From contig CM119386.1 in assembly GCA_051294905.1 (NCBI GenBank), forward strand, positions 12,152,001 through 12,185,000: a stretch of 33,000 nucleotides of DNA, written 5' to 3'. The position numbers and the translations under genes are program-made. This DNA is from Botryllus schlosseri (lineage: Eukaryota). Below, one piece after another: positions 12,089-24,448 of the stretch. The notes beneath the pieces were generated by a model. It was not told where the DNA came from, did not search any database, and saw nothing but the letters and a program-made list of their open reading frames with translations. Position 1 is the first letter of the stretch; each line of letters begins with the position of its first letter.

Positions 12089-12588
12089 GTACGGACCAGA
12101 ATATTGTTTTACTTCTATACCTAATAACGAATTTGTGTAAGTCCTTTGTCGATTATTCATATGATGGTCATTGTCACGTACTCCACGTATTACGAAATTT
12201 GACATATCTTAATAGATGCAAAATATCCCACGCTTCGGCGAGTTCAAATTCAGTGACATTGCTTGCATCCTGGAGAATTCAAGAATTACCTTTTAAGTCC
12301 TTTAAGAAGAGAGTGGAGACATAAAATGGTAGAATAAACATTTCACGGCGGTTAGCATGGGGTGCGACGTTTCGCTGACTATACCATGAGAACAGTAGCT
12401 TTGGAAATGGAATGTGTAATAAAAGAATGTACTAACCGCACGATGTAAACTAGTAACATTCGGCGCCACTATTTCGGTGACATCACACTAGTTAAATTAT
12501 AACGGTTGACGATTGCATGATCCTGCCTATTTCCCTGATGAATCTGGATCCGATCATAACCGTTTTCAAACAATCCTATACTTATAAG

Positions 12589-12659
12589 GGGAGAGTGACC
12601 CGAAGGCAACGAACGAACTATCTCAATGTCAAGCCGGGATCTCATCTGACATATCAAGA
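12589..12659 (+). CDS. Cassette A post-I exon (start of blade 3)
   Basis: G-ESDPKATNELSQCQAGISSDISR. CQAGISS matches the motif I recall from vertebrate integrin alpha4. Phase 1 to 0; donor GTAAGT. Confidence 0.85.
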
Positions 12660-14786
12660 GTAAGTATCGTATGAGTGAATGGTGTAACTTGTGATTGGGA
12701 TGAGTGGTGGTTTGAGAGTCTGACTGTGCGATATGCTTGCGCACGCTTACGCGAAATTCTGTACCGCGAATTTGGCGATATACATGTCGTTAACTTAAGT
12801 TGTATGAGCCGGTTATCCGCAAGCACGTACGTTATCAATAGAAGTCGATATTTCCTGAGTTCAAGAGTCGATGGATTTCTCCAGGTGAGTGCCAATGTTG
12901 GAGGTCAGGAATGCTGGCCGCATGCCTATACATAAATTATCCCGCAATGTTCGTATTGCAAACAAATCGTGTGATCCTATCAAAGAACACAATCAAATTG
13001 CACAAATGCACAATTGCACATGCACACTCAGTAAGCCCACGTGTTTCATAAAGACATGACGGATATATTTTCTAATCAATAATACACACTCGTGCTTTTA
13101 AAGAATACGCACGATACGTGGGATTCGCGTATTCGTGGAATTAACTAGCTATATCATGGTAAGGACAGCTCAAAATTAAGAGTAGTTCAAATAGGAGGTG
13201 CGTGGTACGAAACTTGTAGGTTGCTTACAAGACATGTTGCAAAAACAGGTTGATATGTCGATTTTACAGAATACACTTCGTCGATTGGTCGGCGACTCGG
13301 CGTTCAGAGAAAATATTTCTGGTACGAAAAGCTATTAGTTCACTGTCATTGCGATGGGTAGGTCATTGTTTCATTGAAACGTGCTGGAGTGAGCAAGTAC
13401 TTAGTTGACCAGTACCATTTTATGTAAATAAAATATTTTTTTAGAACTTACAAATCTCCAATCACTTTAGTTTGCTTGGTTTTATATACGCTGCCTGCCG
13501 TTTATTTATCTTTAACATTGCCAATACTGTACTGTTTGTTATTGCAATTGCTACAATGCGACTTCTATTGTCCACAATTGTGATTGCAACATCATCCTTT
13601 GTCATATTGTTTTCACCTTTGAATCAGTATGAATCCCTTTGCTGTCGATAACTCTTGATAAGACACGCCGGAAATGTGTTTGAGTCTTAAATAGTGTTCG
13701 TTCGATATATATTGTAATGAAAGCAATAATGATTAGAGGTGCAACTGGGGATAATGATCATAGTAAGAAACGAATAAAGCTAGTTAGTTGAAAATGAACT
13801 GTGTACTGACTGGATAGCGATTTATATTGTTATATGCCTAGTGTGGTCACGCACATGTACTATCTCGAAGCGGAAGTGAGACGACACAATGATAATTGCA
13901 CACTTTATGCACTTCTGGATGTGGCCGCGATTTTTCCGCCAAATCGTTGATGCAGACGGCAGACAAAAGCAAACGGCACGTTTTCTTACCTTAGTCCATT
14001 CTTAAATTTGGACGGGATACAAATCACGACTTATTCGATAGCCGCGGAACACGTTGCTGTATAACTTAATCTACGATTTCCTTTGGTAGGAATTAGGAAG
14101 CTGTGGCATATGCTGTTTTATTAAAGTTTCGTCTTTTAGTAACACTGTACAAATGAGTATAGTTCATTAGCGCCATAACTCATAATTATCAAGGTGTAGT
14201 AGGCGTGTATATTGTCAAAAATAAATCTTTCATTGTCTAAATATGTGGATAGAAGAGAAGTGTTTTAAAGGGACATATAGTTATAGATATAGTTCATTTA
14301 TTTCGAATAATACTCTACAACAGAGAGTAGATATCACCATGAACTGCACGACTGCTGGACTGGTCTAATATGAGAGGAGTTGCATAATTTTGTGCACATC
14401 AGATTTTGTCACCATATCCAATTTTACAACGGCTTTTATGCATGGAAAGAGCAAAATGATAAAATGACTGCTCTCATTGTGAGATATGGTAGCTGGAATA
14501 AAACGAGAAGGATTACCCGTGGCATGCTAAAACGGGTGGCCCTGTGGTGATAGATTGATGTTAGTAGGCCTGTTTATATATAGTGTGACAGTGTCACCTC
14601 CAGCTGCATGCCGGTAAATATTTTGTCATAGTTGGTGCACCCGAAATCCAAAATTTCAATAAAGTTAATGCCAAATAGTTCGTGACTGATTACCGTAACA
14701 CATGATCTCGTTTCATACCCGTACCTAAATAATAAAGTTTATTGCGGGCATCATCAAAGCATGAAAATTTGGTGCTTTGGGACAAC

Positions 14787-14947
14787 ATGATTTGGACAAC
14801 AGCGTTGAGTGGTTTTGCGTTGTTCTGTGTGACATCCGCTTTCAACGCCGAGACAAGGAATCGACGTGGTAATCCCGATAGTTATTCCTACAAAGAACGG
14901 ACTTATCATATATGGAAGACGCAATTCAGCAACACGGTTGGATCCAA
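14787..14947 (+). CDS. Integrin alpha cassette B, exon 1: signal peptide and mature N-terminus
   Basis: MIWTTALSGFALFCVTSA/FNAET... has the same AFNxET as cassette A. Donor AA|GTGAGG, phase 2 as in A. FGYS is degenerate (PDSYSY). Confidence 0.8.
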
Positions 14948-15827
14948 GTGAGGGAGAAGTTAAATAATGTCATTGCCGGACAACAAAGCCCCAAATCGTT
15001 TTTGTTGGGTGTCGTTATGGCCGTATTGACGTGCACGTCTTCATACGTTTTGGCTACAATAAGTTTTGCATTCGTGTTGCCGTCACCTGATTGCTTTCAC
15101 GTCAAACATTCTACTAAAACTCGATATCAAGCGAAATCTGACCTTCGTAGATTATTATTTATTAAAATCGGTTACCACAAAATCGGCCTTATTTTCCTAA
15201 AAGTTATATTTGTTAGGATGATATTCACCGATCAGTGAACAACGTCAAAGGAATCTTGACGTAATAAGTTTTCAGCTTGCGCCGCTTCACTCTCGTAAAT
15301 TTAATCGGAGAAATGTCATGCCTATATATCATGGTTGGAAAAAGTCCATCTTTTCCACAAAACGCGACGCAACATACTTGACGCAAATTTGAGCTACGAA
15401 CGTATGTACTCGGTGATCGCAGACTGCATGGTAGACATACAGTGTCCCATATTCGCCTCCTTTATCCGGAAACGGTCGTAAATCTTCGGAAGCCACTCTG
15501 TCTCTCTCGCTCAAAATTGAGAATGCGTGATCCCATTAAACCCAGGACATTGTTGGCTACCGATTGAGGCTGGGTAAATATACCCTAATATTGAACTACT
15601 GGTACAGGCAGGATACTGGTACCTTGAAAAGTATCGTAGTGTATTGATGTAGTGAAAAAACATGACTTCACAATGCAAAAGTCAAAAATGTGGCAGAGTA
15701 CGCAGGCGGCTTCCCTTCCGTGCTTTGCTATGTGCCTGTGCTTATCCGTGATAAAGTCGGCTTTGATTTCATACCGGCCCCTTTGTGTATTCTTCTGATG
15801 CTAATTAGATATCTATATTCATTTCAG

Positions 15828-15892
15828 AACTTTCCATGAGCACCCGGAGATGGCTCATAGCCTTAATCAAATAAACATCAAGTACGGTTGCG
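15828..15892 (+). CDS. Cassette B exon 2
   Basis: tattcatttcag|...|GTGAGT, phase 2 to 1. TFHEHPEMAHSLNQINIKYGC-G (YGCG vs YNCG in A). Keeps frame between exons 1 and 3. Confidence 0.72.
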
Positions 15893-17422
15893 GTGAGTGT
15901 TCTTTCTGAGTCGTTTATACGATCCCAAGTGGAAGAAGTACATAGTACATTATGAGTTGTTTAAAATAGACCAAACAATCGAAGCGCATGACCAAAAGTT
16001 GTCTCAATGTCTGTCCCTTCTCAAAGCTTTCTATAATTAGAATGTTGCTGTAGGCCTACATTACAACACAGCACCTGTCTCTATGGGAATTATATCTGAC
16101 GGTAGCTCATAATTTTTTTTTCAACTTTGCGCCCGAATGTTATGTGGAAGCTCTGCATTCAATTATATTATTACAGAAATAATCTTCAAATATAATCACG
16201 AAGATCGCGTATATTTAAGATGTATGTATGGGGAACTGTTAACCTTTGACATAAGATTCGTTTTACTGTGATTGTATGACAGCATATGATAAATTTGCAA
16301 TTTGACTTCCATATCAAATAGCTATGAGCTTCGCGCTAAAATTCATCCGTTCGCAGTAATAAACTATCCTTTCATTTTTGACATTTGCATTAGAAATACG
16401 TCATAACGTCACCTTTACAGCACGTGTTTGGTACTTCCGCTATGCCTCTCCGTATTTTAAGAAAACTTAAGATACCATGACATCCCTTTTCTCAATAATA
16501 TGCTCATTTATTTGTGTACAGTAATCAACTATATAGGGTTGCTGGAAAGAGTGGATATCAAATTTCTATTCAAATATACCGTTATCAATTTGATCTTCAT
16601 ATCCCAATCCGAATTCTCTAGAGATGATACGAAAACGTATGACCATTTACACTATTTACAGCGACGATCTAATTCACCCAAATTAATTATATCATGTTTT
16701 CCCGATATCTATCAATGACCATGCTATGGTTGCCATTCATTTATGCCTAATTAGTCAGACCATAAATAGAGAATCGTACGCGTGTACTTGGAAAGACCTT
16801 TGGCGGGCACGATCTATCAATCACAGTAACTTACGTGAAGTATGGTTTTAAACTCGGTTCATTGCTGTGGCTGGTTATGGATCAATTATGGCTTGTTTAT
16901 AATGTTGCGAATAACGGAATGGGCAGAAATCAACGGGAATCATCTGGACACATTCAGTGTTTTGACTGGTATTAGGGATAGGGCGCAAATGACATCCCGT
17001 GCTTACCTTTACGGCGTATATGGTTGGTCCCGTTCACTCGGGACACTGACAGATACGGTGAATACTTTGCATAACGGCAAAACACGTGATTCTTATGGCG
17101 TATATAGATAGTAACATGCATTTCAAAACTTTTCAAGAACTTTAACTTAGTCGTGAAAATGTTAGAGAACTATGGTTCTACTGCGTATCGATTCCTTCAG
17201 TCCTCAAACGCGTTAGGTTCATGGGGTCAATCGTGATGCGTCAAATTACGGTCGGCCATATGGATTTGCGTTAAAACACTGGCTGGAATCGAGTTTGCAT
17301 GTGCGTAATTTTATGCCATTGCGTAATACTTACAAAGATGTAGGCTAGCACGCGTTAGTGACCGGTCTCGCATATACTTGTACAGTAGGATACAAGTTTT
17401 CAATATGATTATTGATTGACAG

Positions 17423-17568
17423 GTCTTTCAAGTTTGTCTGATAATAACTCATCACCGGTATGCACGGATGGGATTCAACTGAACATTCCCACACCAACAG
17501 CAAATCTCAGCTCGTCGGGATATACTTCAGTAACTGTCGACCGACACGCTGATAAAGGCGTGACCCTG
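17423..17568 (+). CDS. Cassette B exon 3
   Basis: LSSLSDNNSSPVCTDGIQLNIPTPTANLSSSGYTSVTVDRHADKGVTL: second blade-1 Cys and an NxSxG-like motif. Phase 1 to 0; donor GTAGGT. Confidence 0.8.
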
Positions 17569-17724
17569 GTAGGTATTTAGCTATGATTTTCTGGTCGTGT
17601 ATACCGGCAACTGATGCTGAATCGCGCTGTACAACAACTATGGTGCTGCGTGGGGTACATATTCGTTTTATACCAGCGTAATATATGTCAACAATGTTAC
17701 GTTATATTGGCACGTTCTCTAGCG

Positions 17725-18924
17725 CAGTGCTCTTCAACCGGGGTTGTCGTACACCCTGGGGTGTACCAGAATTTGCAAAGGGTGTACCACTCGGATGGGG
17801 TGTACAGGGGTGTACCAGATCCGAATTACAATGAGCCGATGGCTAGCTATCACAAAAGGCAGGTTTATGGGCCAGTACAGGTTGACGCACAGGTTAATGA
17901 GCAATATGGTACGATGTTATCTCAAGTGTAATACTGTATACCACTTGATTGTGATGTCATAAGCAAATATTTCTCCTATTCATTTAGCCGTCGGCAATAG
18001 ACCAATGGTTCCGTTTGGTGTTGGAAAGTATGCAGTTAACAAATATGTTTTCAGCTAGTCATTTGTCTTTTAGTGATTTTTGAGGGAACCACCGCGATAG
18101 CTCAGACTTCTTGAATCGGTGCTTCCTACCCGACGTTAATAAATACCGCAATGCAGTGAATGCAGCAAATGAAGTGACGTAGCTAGCCAGTGTCGAAACA
18201 GCTTCCATGTTGAAATCGAAAACCTTTTGTTTTAAAATGCCGATTTTATGTCCAATATTTCGCCATGCATTTGCAATTTAGTATTTTGTTATTAGTGATG
18301 CAAGTGCTACTATCGACTGTGTGTGGTGTGGGGCAGGCCTGATACGCAGTAGGCTGGTGCGCCTGCTATCATCGCTGATCTGAATCACCGCTTCTGCAGC
18401 AGTAACTTTACCTACTCTCGCCCCAATACTGTTACATTTAGGTTGATTATCGTTCGTAATGCCATGCTGTTTTGGGGCTGACACGAAATAAATTCCAATT
18501 TGCGTGGCGGGCGGCTTAACTGGCTGCGAATAGACTCTGTGACCAAATACTATTTTATTCAAATCCAAATTTTTTGACGGCAATAACTCCGCTTCTACTG
18601 GTCGGAATTAAACCAAATTTGAAGAACATCGTTTTTATAGACAACCTAATACTTTCATGGGTGAACAGAAAAATTTCAAATTTTTCGTTACTTATTTTAT
18701 ATAATAAATAGAAAATTTCTTCTCCCGTAGCAATGCGGCTACCGGTTGGAATTGAACCAAATTTGGTGTGTAGGCTTAAGTTAGGTAACCTAACAATTTT
18801 ATCAAGTAGCCAGTACGATTTGAGAAAAAAAGTCATTTTTGAAGACCCCTGATGAACAGGGGTGTACGAGTTTTGAGCAAACGTTAAAAGGGTGTACCAC
18901 GTCGAAAAAGGTTGAGGAGCACTG
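17725..18924. mobile_element. 1.2-kb hAT/Charlie-like MITE
   Basis: 15-bp TIRs CAGTGCTCTTCAACC / GGTTGAGGAGCACTG, perfect 8-bp TSD CTCTAGCG, and repeated GGGTGTACC subterminal motifs at both ends. Confidence 0.95.
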
Positions 18925-19544
18925 CTCTAGCGCACATGATATATATTGCAAAAGGTGAATAGAATACACTCATGATGTCGGTACAAGATTTCATCCCAAA
19001 AGTAAAGATTTTGGTTATGGCTACGAGTCGAATACCCCTACTGGGATGTTTACTTGGTCTTATTCAATTACCTGTTGATTTGGTATTCACGGGGTTTTCG
19101 ATTAAAATTTTCATTTACCATAGACTGATTTACTTGAAGCAGGGCCCACTTTTAGGCTTTTTAATACACCGCTTACGCGGATCAGATGGGGAGGAGTCCA
19201 GATAAACCTGTAAACTTGGGATGGATTATTCAATTCCCTTCTATCGTAGGCCTACACTTATTTGCAATATTCGGTTTGTCGGCAACATAGCGGCAACGAC
19301 GAGACTGTTCCGTCCCGTTCTTCCGTGAATTTAGTATTGGACAACTGGTTGCATGAACCGCGCAATCTACACGCAATGGAGAAAGAAGCCTGTGAAATGT
19401 ATATGTTCCTTCACAATGCACGCATGCCCATGCCAAATACATGTCAGGAAACGAGCATATTGCCAAATGCGTTGGAATACCGTAAATGCCAGCAGCAGTC
19501 TGGAATGCTAATCATGTCCACACTTCATTTTCTTTGTCGTCTAG

Positions 19545-19695
19545 GTTTGTCAGCCTCAAAGCAGACAGATTTGCGAGTCGGAGTCTTACGCGCCTGGTGC
19601 TTGTTTCCTAACCACTGTGAATATGCTTGACTCCGGAGACCACTCAGGAGGTGATCGGTCGCGAGAATGGCGAGAAATATCTCCGTGCTTGCAAA
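19545..19695 (+). CDS. Cassette B exon 4 (blade 2 and pre-I linker)
   Basis: VCQPQSRQICESESYAPGACF...WREISPCLQ, closely parallel to alphaM ACGPTVHQTCSENTYVKGLCF as I recall it. tctttgtcgtctag|...|GTATGT, phase 0 to 1. Confidence 0.92.
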
Positions 19696-20637
19696 GTATG
19701 TTCCTCCTCTGAAGCTGCGTAGAGAATAATTTCATGAAATAGAGGCTCTTGCTCTATCTGTGGTTACTAGCATTTACTAACCGGCAAGCTTTCGTCTAAC
19801 TTCAAATTTTCGCCGAGTCACAAAAACAAATAAACTTATCCACCACATTAATAGCAATACATCAATGAGACTACTGTTGTTGTTTTCCGGAGACCAATCG
19901 TGATATTCTAGGCTTTGTCTCGGAAGTAGCAATTCTCATGTCAGTTTCCCAAGCAAGCCAATCTTGTTATAGCTTTGACATCCACCATAATAGAAAGCGT
20001 ATGGGTCAACTTCAAGGATAACTTCCCATTCCTCGGCACTAATACCTTAGAACAGTGGTTCCCAACCGGGGAGGAATTCCCCCCTTGGGGGGAATTTCAC
20101 GATCTTTAGGGAGGAATTCCACTTCAGAATTGTAACGGATTTCCCAAATTGTTCATGTCCGAACTGTCATGTAGTCAACCAGTTATATCCGAACGTATGC
20201 TCCTTATGGCTGTTTGTTGTTCGCTGAAAGTATGTTCAAATGCTATTTGAAAACTCTTTTTCACATACAAATCCCTCCCCCCCTTTTTAAAACTAGTTCA
20301 GATGTGATGCAGTTCGCAAGAAAATTTTGTAGGCCAGCGACGGCCTCTCAATCAAATATATCCTAAGCGAGCAAATGTTGTGCCGAAGCTATCACAACGA
20401 GGCCTCAAGTGAAAGTATTTATCTTATATTTTCAAGTCAATATTTACAGACAGTGACAAATTATTCCAACGTCATCGATTCAAGTCAAAAAGCTCGCTAG
20501 CGTTGCTTTATTTTTAGTGAACAGCTACCCGATTGAAAAAAGACATATTAAACTTGGTGAATGTTGCCGAAACGCAATGGGTGTCCTACATTTCAATGAG
20601 CCCCAGCAGGGAACCTGATCACGTGCATGTTTTATAT

Positions 20638-21157
20638 CAGGGCTGTAACCAAATCACGAGGCTCCGAGTCACAAGTCAATCTAACTTTCATAGTTTTGAC
20701 TCGAGTAAAGTCGAGTCATTTTCAATTCACCATTGAGTCAAGTCCGAGTCTAAGTCACCGAGCAGAGGGCCGAGTCCGAGTCATGGTATTATGACTCGAG
20801 TCCGAGTCCGAGTCACACTCCGGTCAACACGATTTGGTGATATTGAATGATTCGGATTTTTGATAAACTAATTTTCCTCACTTTGAGCAGTTTCTTGCCG
20901 CATTGTCAACTACCAGGATCAATAGACAAAATTCCAATGGGGTGGTCACTTTACTGTTCTTCGAAATTACAATGAAAGGTCGGTCTTGGCCGTCTTACAG
21001 TCTCGAGTCGTATGGCTTGGTTCGAGTCATGCACAATGACTCGAGTCCACGTCGAGTCAATACCCAGATTGTCTCGAGTCGAGGCGTTTCCGTATTTTGA
21101 GAAAATGACTCGAGTTATGTCGAGTCATCAGAAAATGGTGACTCGAGTCAGACTCGA
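20638..21157 (+). mobile_element. Nested truncated element with (GAGTC/GACTC)n arrays
   Basis: Starts CAGGGCTGTAACC and has two GACTCGAGTC-rich arrays. It ends abruptly at the SINE; no matching right TIR was seen. Confidence 0.6.
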
Positions 21158-21402
21158 GCGAGGTAGTGTAATGGTTATGCATCTGGCTTCTCGGGGGTAG
21201 GCCGTGGGTCCGAACCCAGGCCGGGTAACACCGAAGACTCTAAAATTGGTATCCGCAGCTATCCTGCTAGGTGCTCAGCAATCACGGATAGCATGGAGAA
21301 ACAAAACGGGGGCGCAGATAAGATGACCTCATGGGGCCGTATCGCAGCTCCGTCGTCAAAGCATATCGATGGTGCAGGCGAAAAAGAATATCATCTCTCT
21401 CT
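21158..21402 (+). mobile_element. tRNA-derived SINE
   Basis: Pol III A box TAGTGTAATGG (21164-21174), B box GGTCCGAACCC (21207-21217), a central AAAATTGGTATCCGCAGCTATCCTGCTAGGTGCTCAGCA block, and a short (CT)n 3' end. The 3' boundary is approximate. Confidence 0.8.
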
Positions 21403-21905
21403 GATCCACCCTCCTATATATGAAAGTACCAATATTATTGGCCAAATGCATGCGCAAACTTGAGGGAAAAAATCACGAAACCAGTAAATTTATGCATACT
21501 GATTTTTCACAACAGTTTTATTAGCGATTGGTGCATGGTAAGCCGAAAACACAAATGGAAGTGTTGGGGTCTGTTGAGTCAAGCCTTCCAGAATTTGTTT
21601 GATTGGGACCAGGACCATTGTTTTGTAGGTCTACAAAGTGCTAGAAACAAACACTCGGTACAGCCCATCTTATTCTCTCAGTCAACAGATGTTGGCGCGG
21701 TAAAACTGACCTTTTTTAATCATCGGGCAGATTTATCCTAAGGGGGGAACTTTGGCTTAAATTTCGGCCAAGGGAGGCACGGGATGAAAAAGGTTGGGAA
21801 CCACTGCCTTAGAAGATCTGTTGTGTTGAAGTGTCTTTTTTAATCCTCGCTTTCTTGAAGTTCTTGAGCAATGAGCAATTAAAACCGTGAAAATATGTTC
21901 TACTA

Positions 21906-21980
21906 CAGTGGTTCCCAACCTTTTTCGACTTATCGCCCCCTTATCAAGCTCGACACAAATCTTCGCCCATCCCCCAGGAA
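21906..21980 (+). mobile_element. Solo left end of a hAT/Charlie-like MITE
   Basis: CAGTGGTTCCCAACCTTTTTCGACTTATCGCCCCC has the same TIR as 20053; no partner TIR was found downstream. Confidence 0.6.
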
Positions 21981-23383
21981 TATTTACGGATTTGAAAAAG
22001 AGGACATATAGCCTATATACGGGAAATGTATTTATTAACTCTGTTCAGTGGTGAATTGACTAAAAAATGTCATTTATCATAGAAGGTGCTCGGAAAACCA
22101 GTTTCGCGTCTACTTTCCGTTGAGTTGACCATTTTTTAGTAAACTTTCGCGTCATATGCAGAATAAGCCGTCTTCACGTGCATTTTTTCGCAGTGGTAAT
22201 AAATAGGGAGAGATGTGGTACCGATGAGACACTGGGACACTACAATTGTATGCTGAAAGAATCTTTCCTCTCATGCAAAAAAACTTCGACCTGCATGAGT
22301 TACGGGGTCTCTGACAGATGTTTGCTGTCTTGGGGGTGTAAAACATATTTCGATCGACGCAACCATTTTTCTTTGTAACATTCAACACGAACAAACCAGC
22401 AATTATGCAAACCAGCAATGTGAAGTGTATGGCTTGTACCAGGCTATATAACGGCACATATATTCTATTCAATACCATCCATGGGTGGACTTTTTTCAAT
22501 TCCAATACATAACTTATAGAGTTGAGGCCAATGATACCATGGCCAAATCAAGCAAAATAGTTGGACTGACTAGTCATTCAACAACAGAAACACGCCTACA
22601 CACACTAACGCTGTACTTGATATTTACCTGTGATCTTTTACAGCTCTAATGAGCTATTTTGAAGTAAAAATCTCGATTTACGGGTAATATGTATGTACCC
22701 TCAAATTTTTAAGTTTGCGCTTAAATCGAAAGTGATCTCATCACAACATTTGAGGTATTATTTATTCTATTTTCTCGACGGTTGCGACCAAACATTCTTT
22801 TTTTGGCTTGCTGTAGCTTACATCATATTACACAGCAAGAAAATTTGGAACATTTAAGTATGTCTCAAATTTCCCCAGATCTTGTTCATTCCGACCCACC
22901 GGGTGAGGACCGATGATACGTTCGAGCAACAAATTTTGAACGTTCATAAATATATTTTCAATTGGTGGATATTCATGTAAAAATATCCTATAGGTAGAGC
23001 TTGTATAAAAGTGCTGAGCCAGTAAAAGATCTGCTCTTATCAGCTGAAGATTGGGGGGCGAGAGATCATTTTGCAATTCTTGATCCATAAGTACCACATC
23101 TCCCCTATATATCACAGTGTGTTCTAAAATTTTCGCCCCCCATCGCCCCCCCCCCAGTCGCCCTCATTCCATTGCTATCTGCATTTCGTGAGCATCGAGC
23201 CCACTTTGATATTTGATATGCTTTGGTTAGGTCGAAAGGTACCGGCACTCCTAAACTGATGTAAATCACGTCATGTGAATTCTCAATGTAAAATTGCAGC
23301 ATGTTAAGAGAAAGCTGAATTAACCACATGCATTGATAATGAGTATGTCTTGACGCAAGTTAAGCATACATGTATACATTTAG

Positions 23384-23526
23384 ATTGTGAGCCGTCGCTT
23401 GTTGACTTGGCATTTGTCATTGACGGATCCTCATCAGTAACTGCGGGAAATTTCAGACGGGTAATCGCCTGGATGCAGGGAATTTCAAGAGATTTTGATA
23501 TTTCCGGGCCTTATAGAATCGCTGTC
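23384..23526 (+). CDS. Cassette B alphaI (vWA) exon 1
   Basis: CEPSLVDLAFVIDGSSSVTAGNFRRVIAWM...YRIAV; 143 nt, phase 1 to 0, same size and phase as in A. Confidence 0.96.
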
Positions 23527-23658
23527 GTGAGTACTCTTCATATATGAAGATTGTGGAGTTGATGCAGGCTACTTTGTCTACCTAGTTTCGAAGCGAATGA
23601 CGCTGGGAGAAAGATGCGGATATTGCGAAATTTATTTCGATTTGTATTATGTCTGCAG

Positions 23659-23754
23659 GTTAAATTTTCGAGACCAAAATTTACGAAAGTCGAGATACAG
23701 CTTGGCCAATACACCGATCAGGAAGCTTTAGCCACTGCAATCGGCAACATTAAG
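23659..23754 (+). CDS. Cassette B alphaI exon 2
   Basis: VKFSRPKFTKVEIQLGQYTDQEALATAIGNIK; ctgcag|...|GTAGGT, phase 0 to 0. Confidence 0.93.
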
Positions 23755-24110
23755 GTAGGTTCAGGCCCTACAGTTATGTAGGTGCGTGTCAGCCAGCCTA
23801 GACGATAGGCTTCACTATTGTCGGGTGAATACATTGGGAACACAGACTGCGGCTATACATTCACTGTAAATGTAAACTATTTTGTCATTCAGATACCGGA
23901 TTCATAGCGTTATTTACAAGGTTACGCCCTCGTTGGTTGTAGAAGTAATTTTTGCGCCTCATTATACCTCGCCTTCCTTAACTGTTCTGGTCGCGGCCAG
24001 GAAGTCCGCGCCCGAAATGTTCCGTGAAATCCACTCATTAAACAGGGCTGGGGGTGCCTGTGTTGCATGCTAATTTCGTAAAACGAATATTCACAATTCA
24101 CATGTTACAG

Positions 24111-24247
24111 TACACACCCGGTGGCTCTGCCGCCAGCAACGCTATCCAATTAACCGTCAATCAAGTATTTCGAGGGAAGAATGGTAGATATCCAAAAGCG
24201 AAAAGAATAATGATATTCTTGGCCGATGGAAAATCATCAGATTCACG
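24111..24247 (+). CDS. Cassette B alphaI exon 3
   Basis: YTPGGSAASNAI...GRYPKAKRIMIFLADGKSSDS; 137 nt as in A; donor CG|GTAAGT. Confidence 0.95.
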
Positions 24248-24448
24248 GTAAGTGAATAAGTTATTTATGATTTTTATAACACTTCTCGATTGAAAAAGCG
24301 AATTTTACTTAAATTAATGAACTGCTTGTAGGGAATTTTTGTGATCACTGTTCGAATTTTTGTTATGACAATTTGATTGCAGTTTTTCACATTCTCAATT
24401 AATAGCATGCATTGCATCCAATGCGCTAATAACGATGTTGCGGTTTAG

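Larger units (their letters stand above)
20053..21806. mobile_element. 1.75-kb hAT-like element carrying nested insertions
   Basis: Perfect 15-bp TIRs CAGTGGTTCCCAACC / GGTTGGGAACCACTG and perfect 8-bp TSD CCTTAGAA. Confidence 0.95.

Noticed and set aside
14761-14790. uORF MKIWCFGTT* whose stop overlaps the cassette B ATG (ATGA)
   Set aside because: Explained by a small local duplication of TTTGG(G)ACAACA; no evidence of function.
16842-17111. Remaining 60-120 aa ORFs of the track (e.g. 7537..7884, 14912..15238, 16842..17111, 22152..22505, 25575..25967)
   Set aside because: No recognisable domains, and they lie in introns or TEs or antisense to exons; consistent with chance ORFs.
12842-23384. 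A single integrin with two tandem alphaI domains (via 12842-12884 or 13270-13321, both phase 0 to 1, joined to 23384)
   Set aside because: Frame-compatible, but B has its own signal peptide and four in-frame upstream exons, which explain 23384 better. Not excluded without cDNA.
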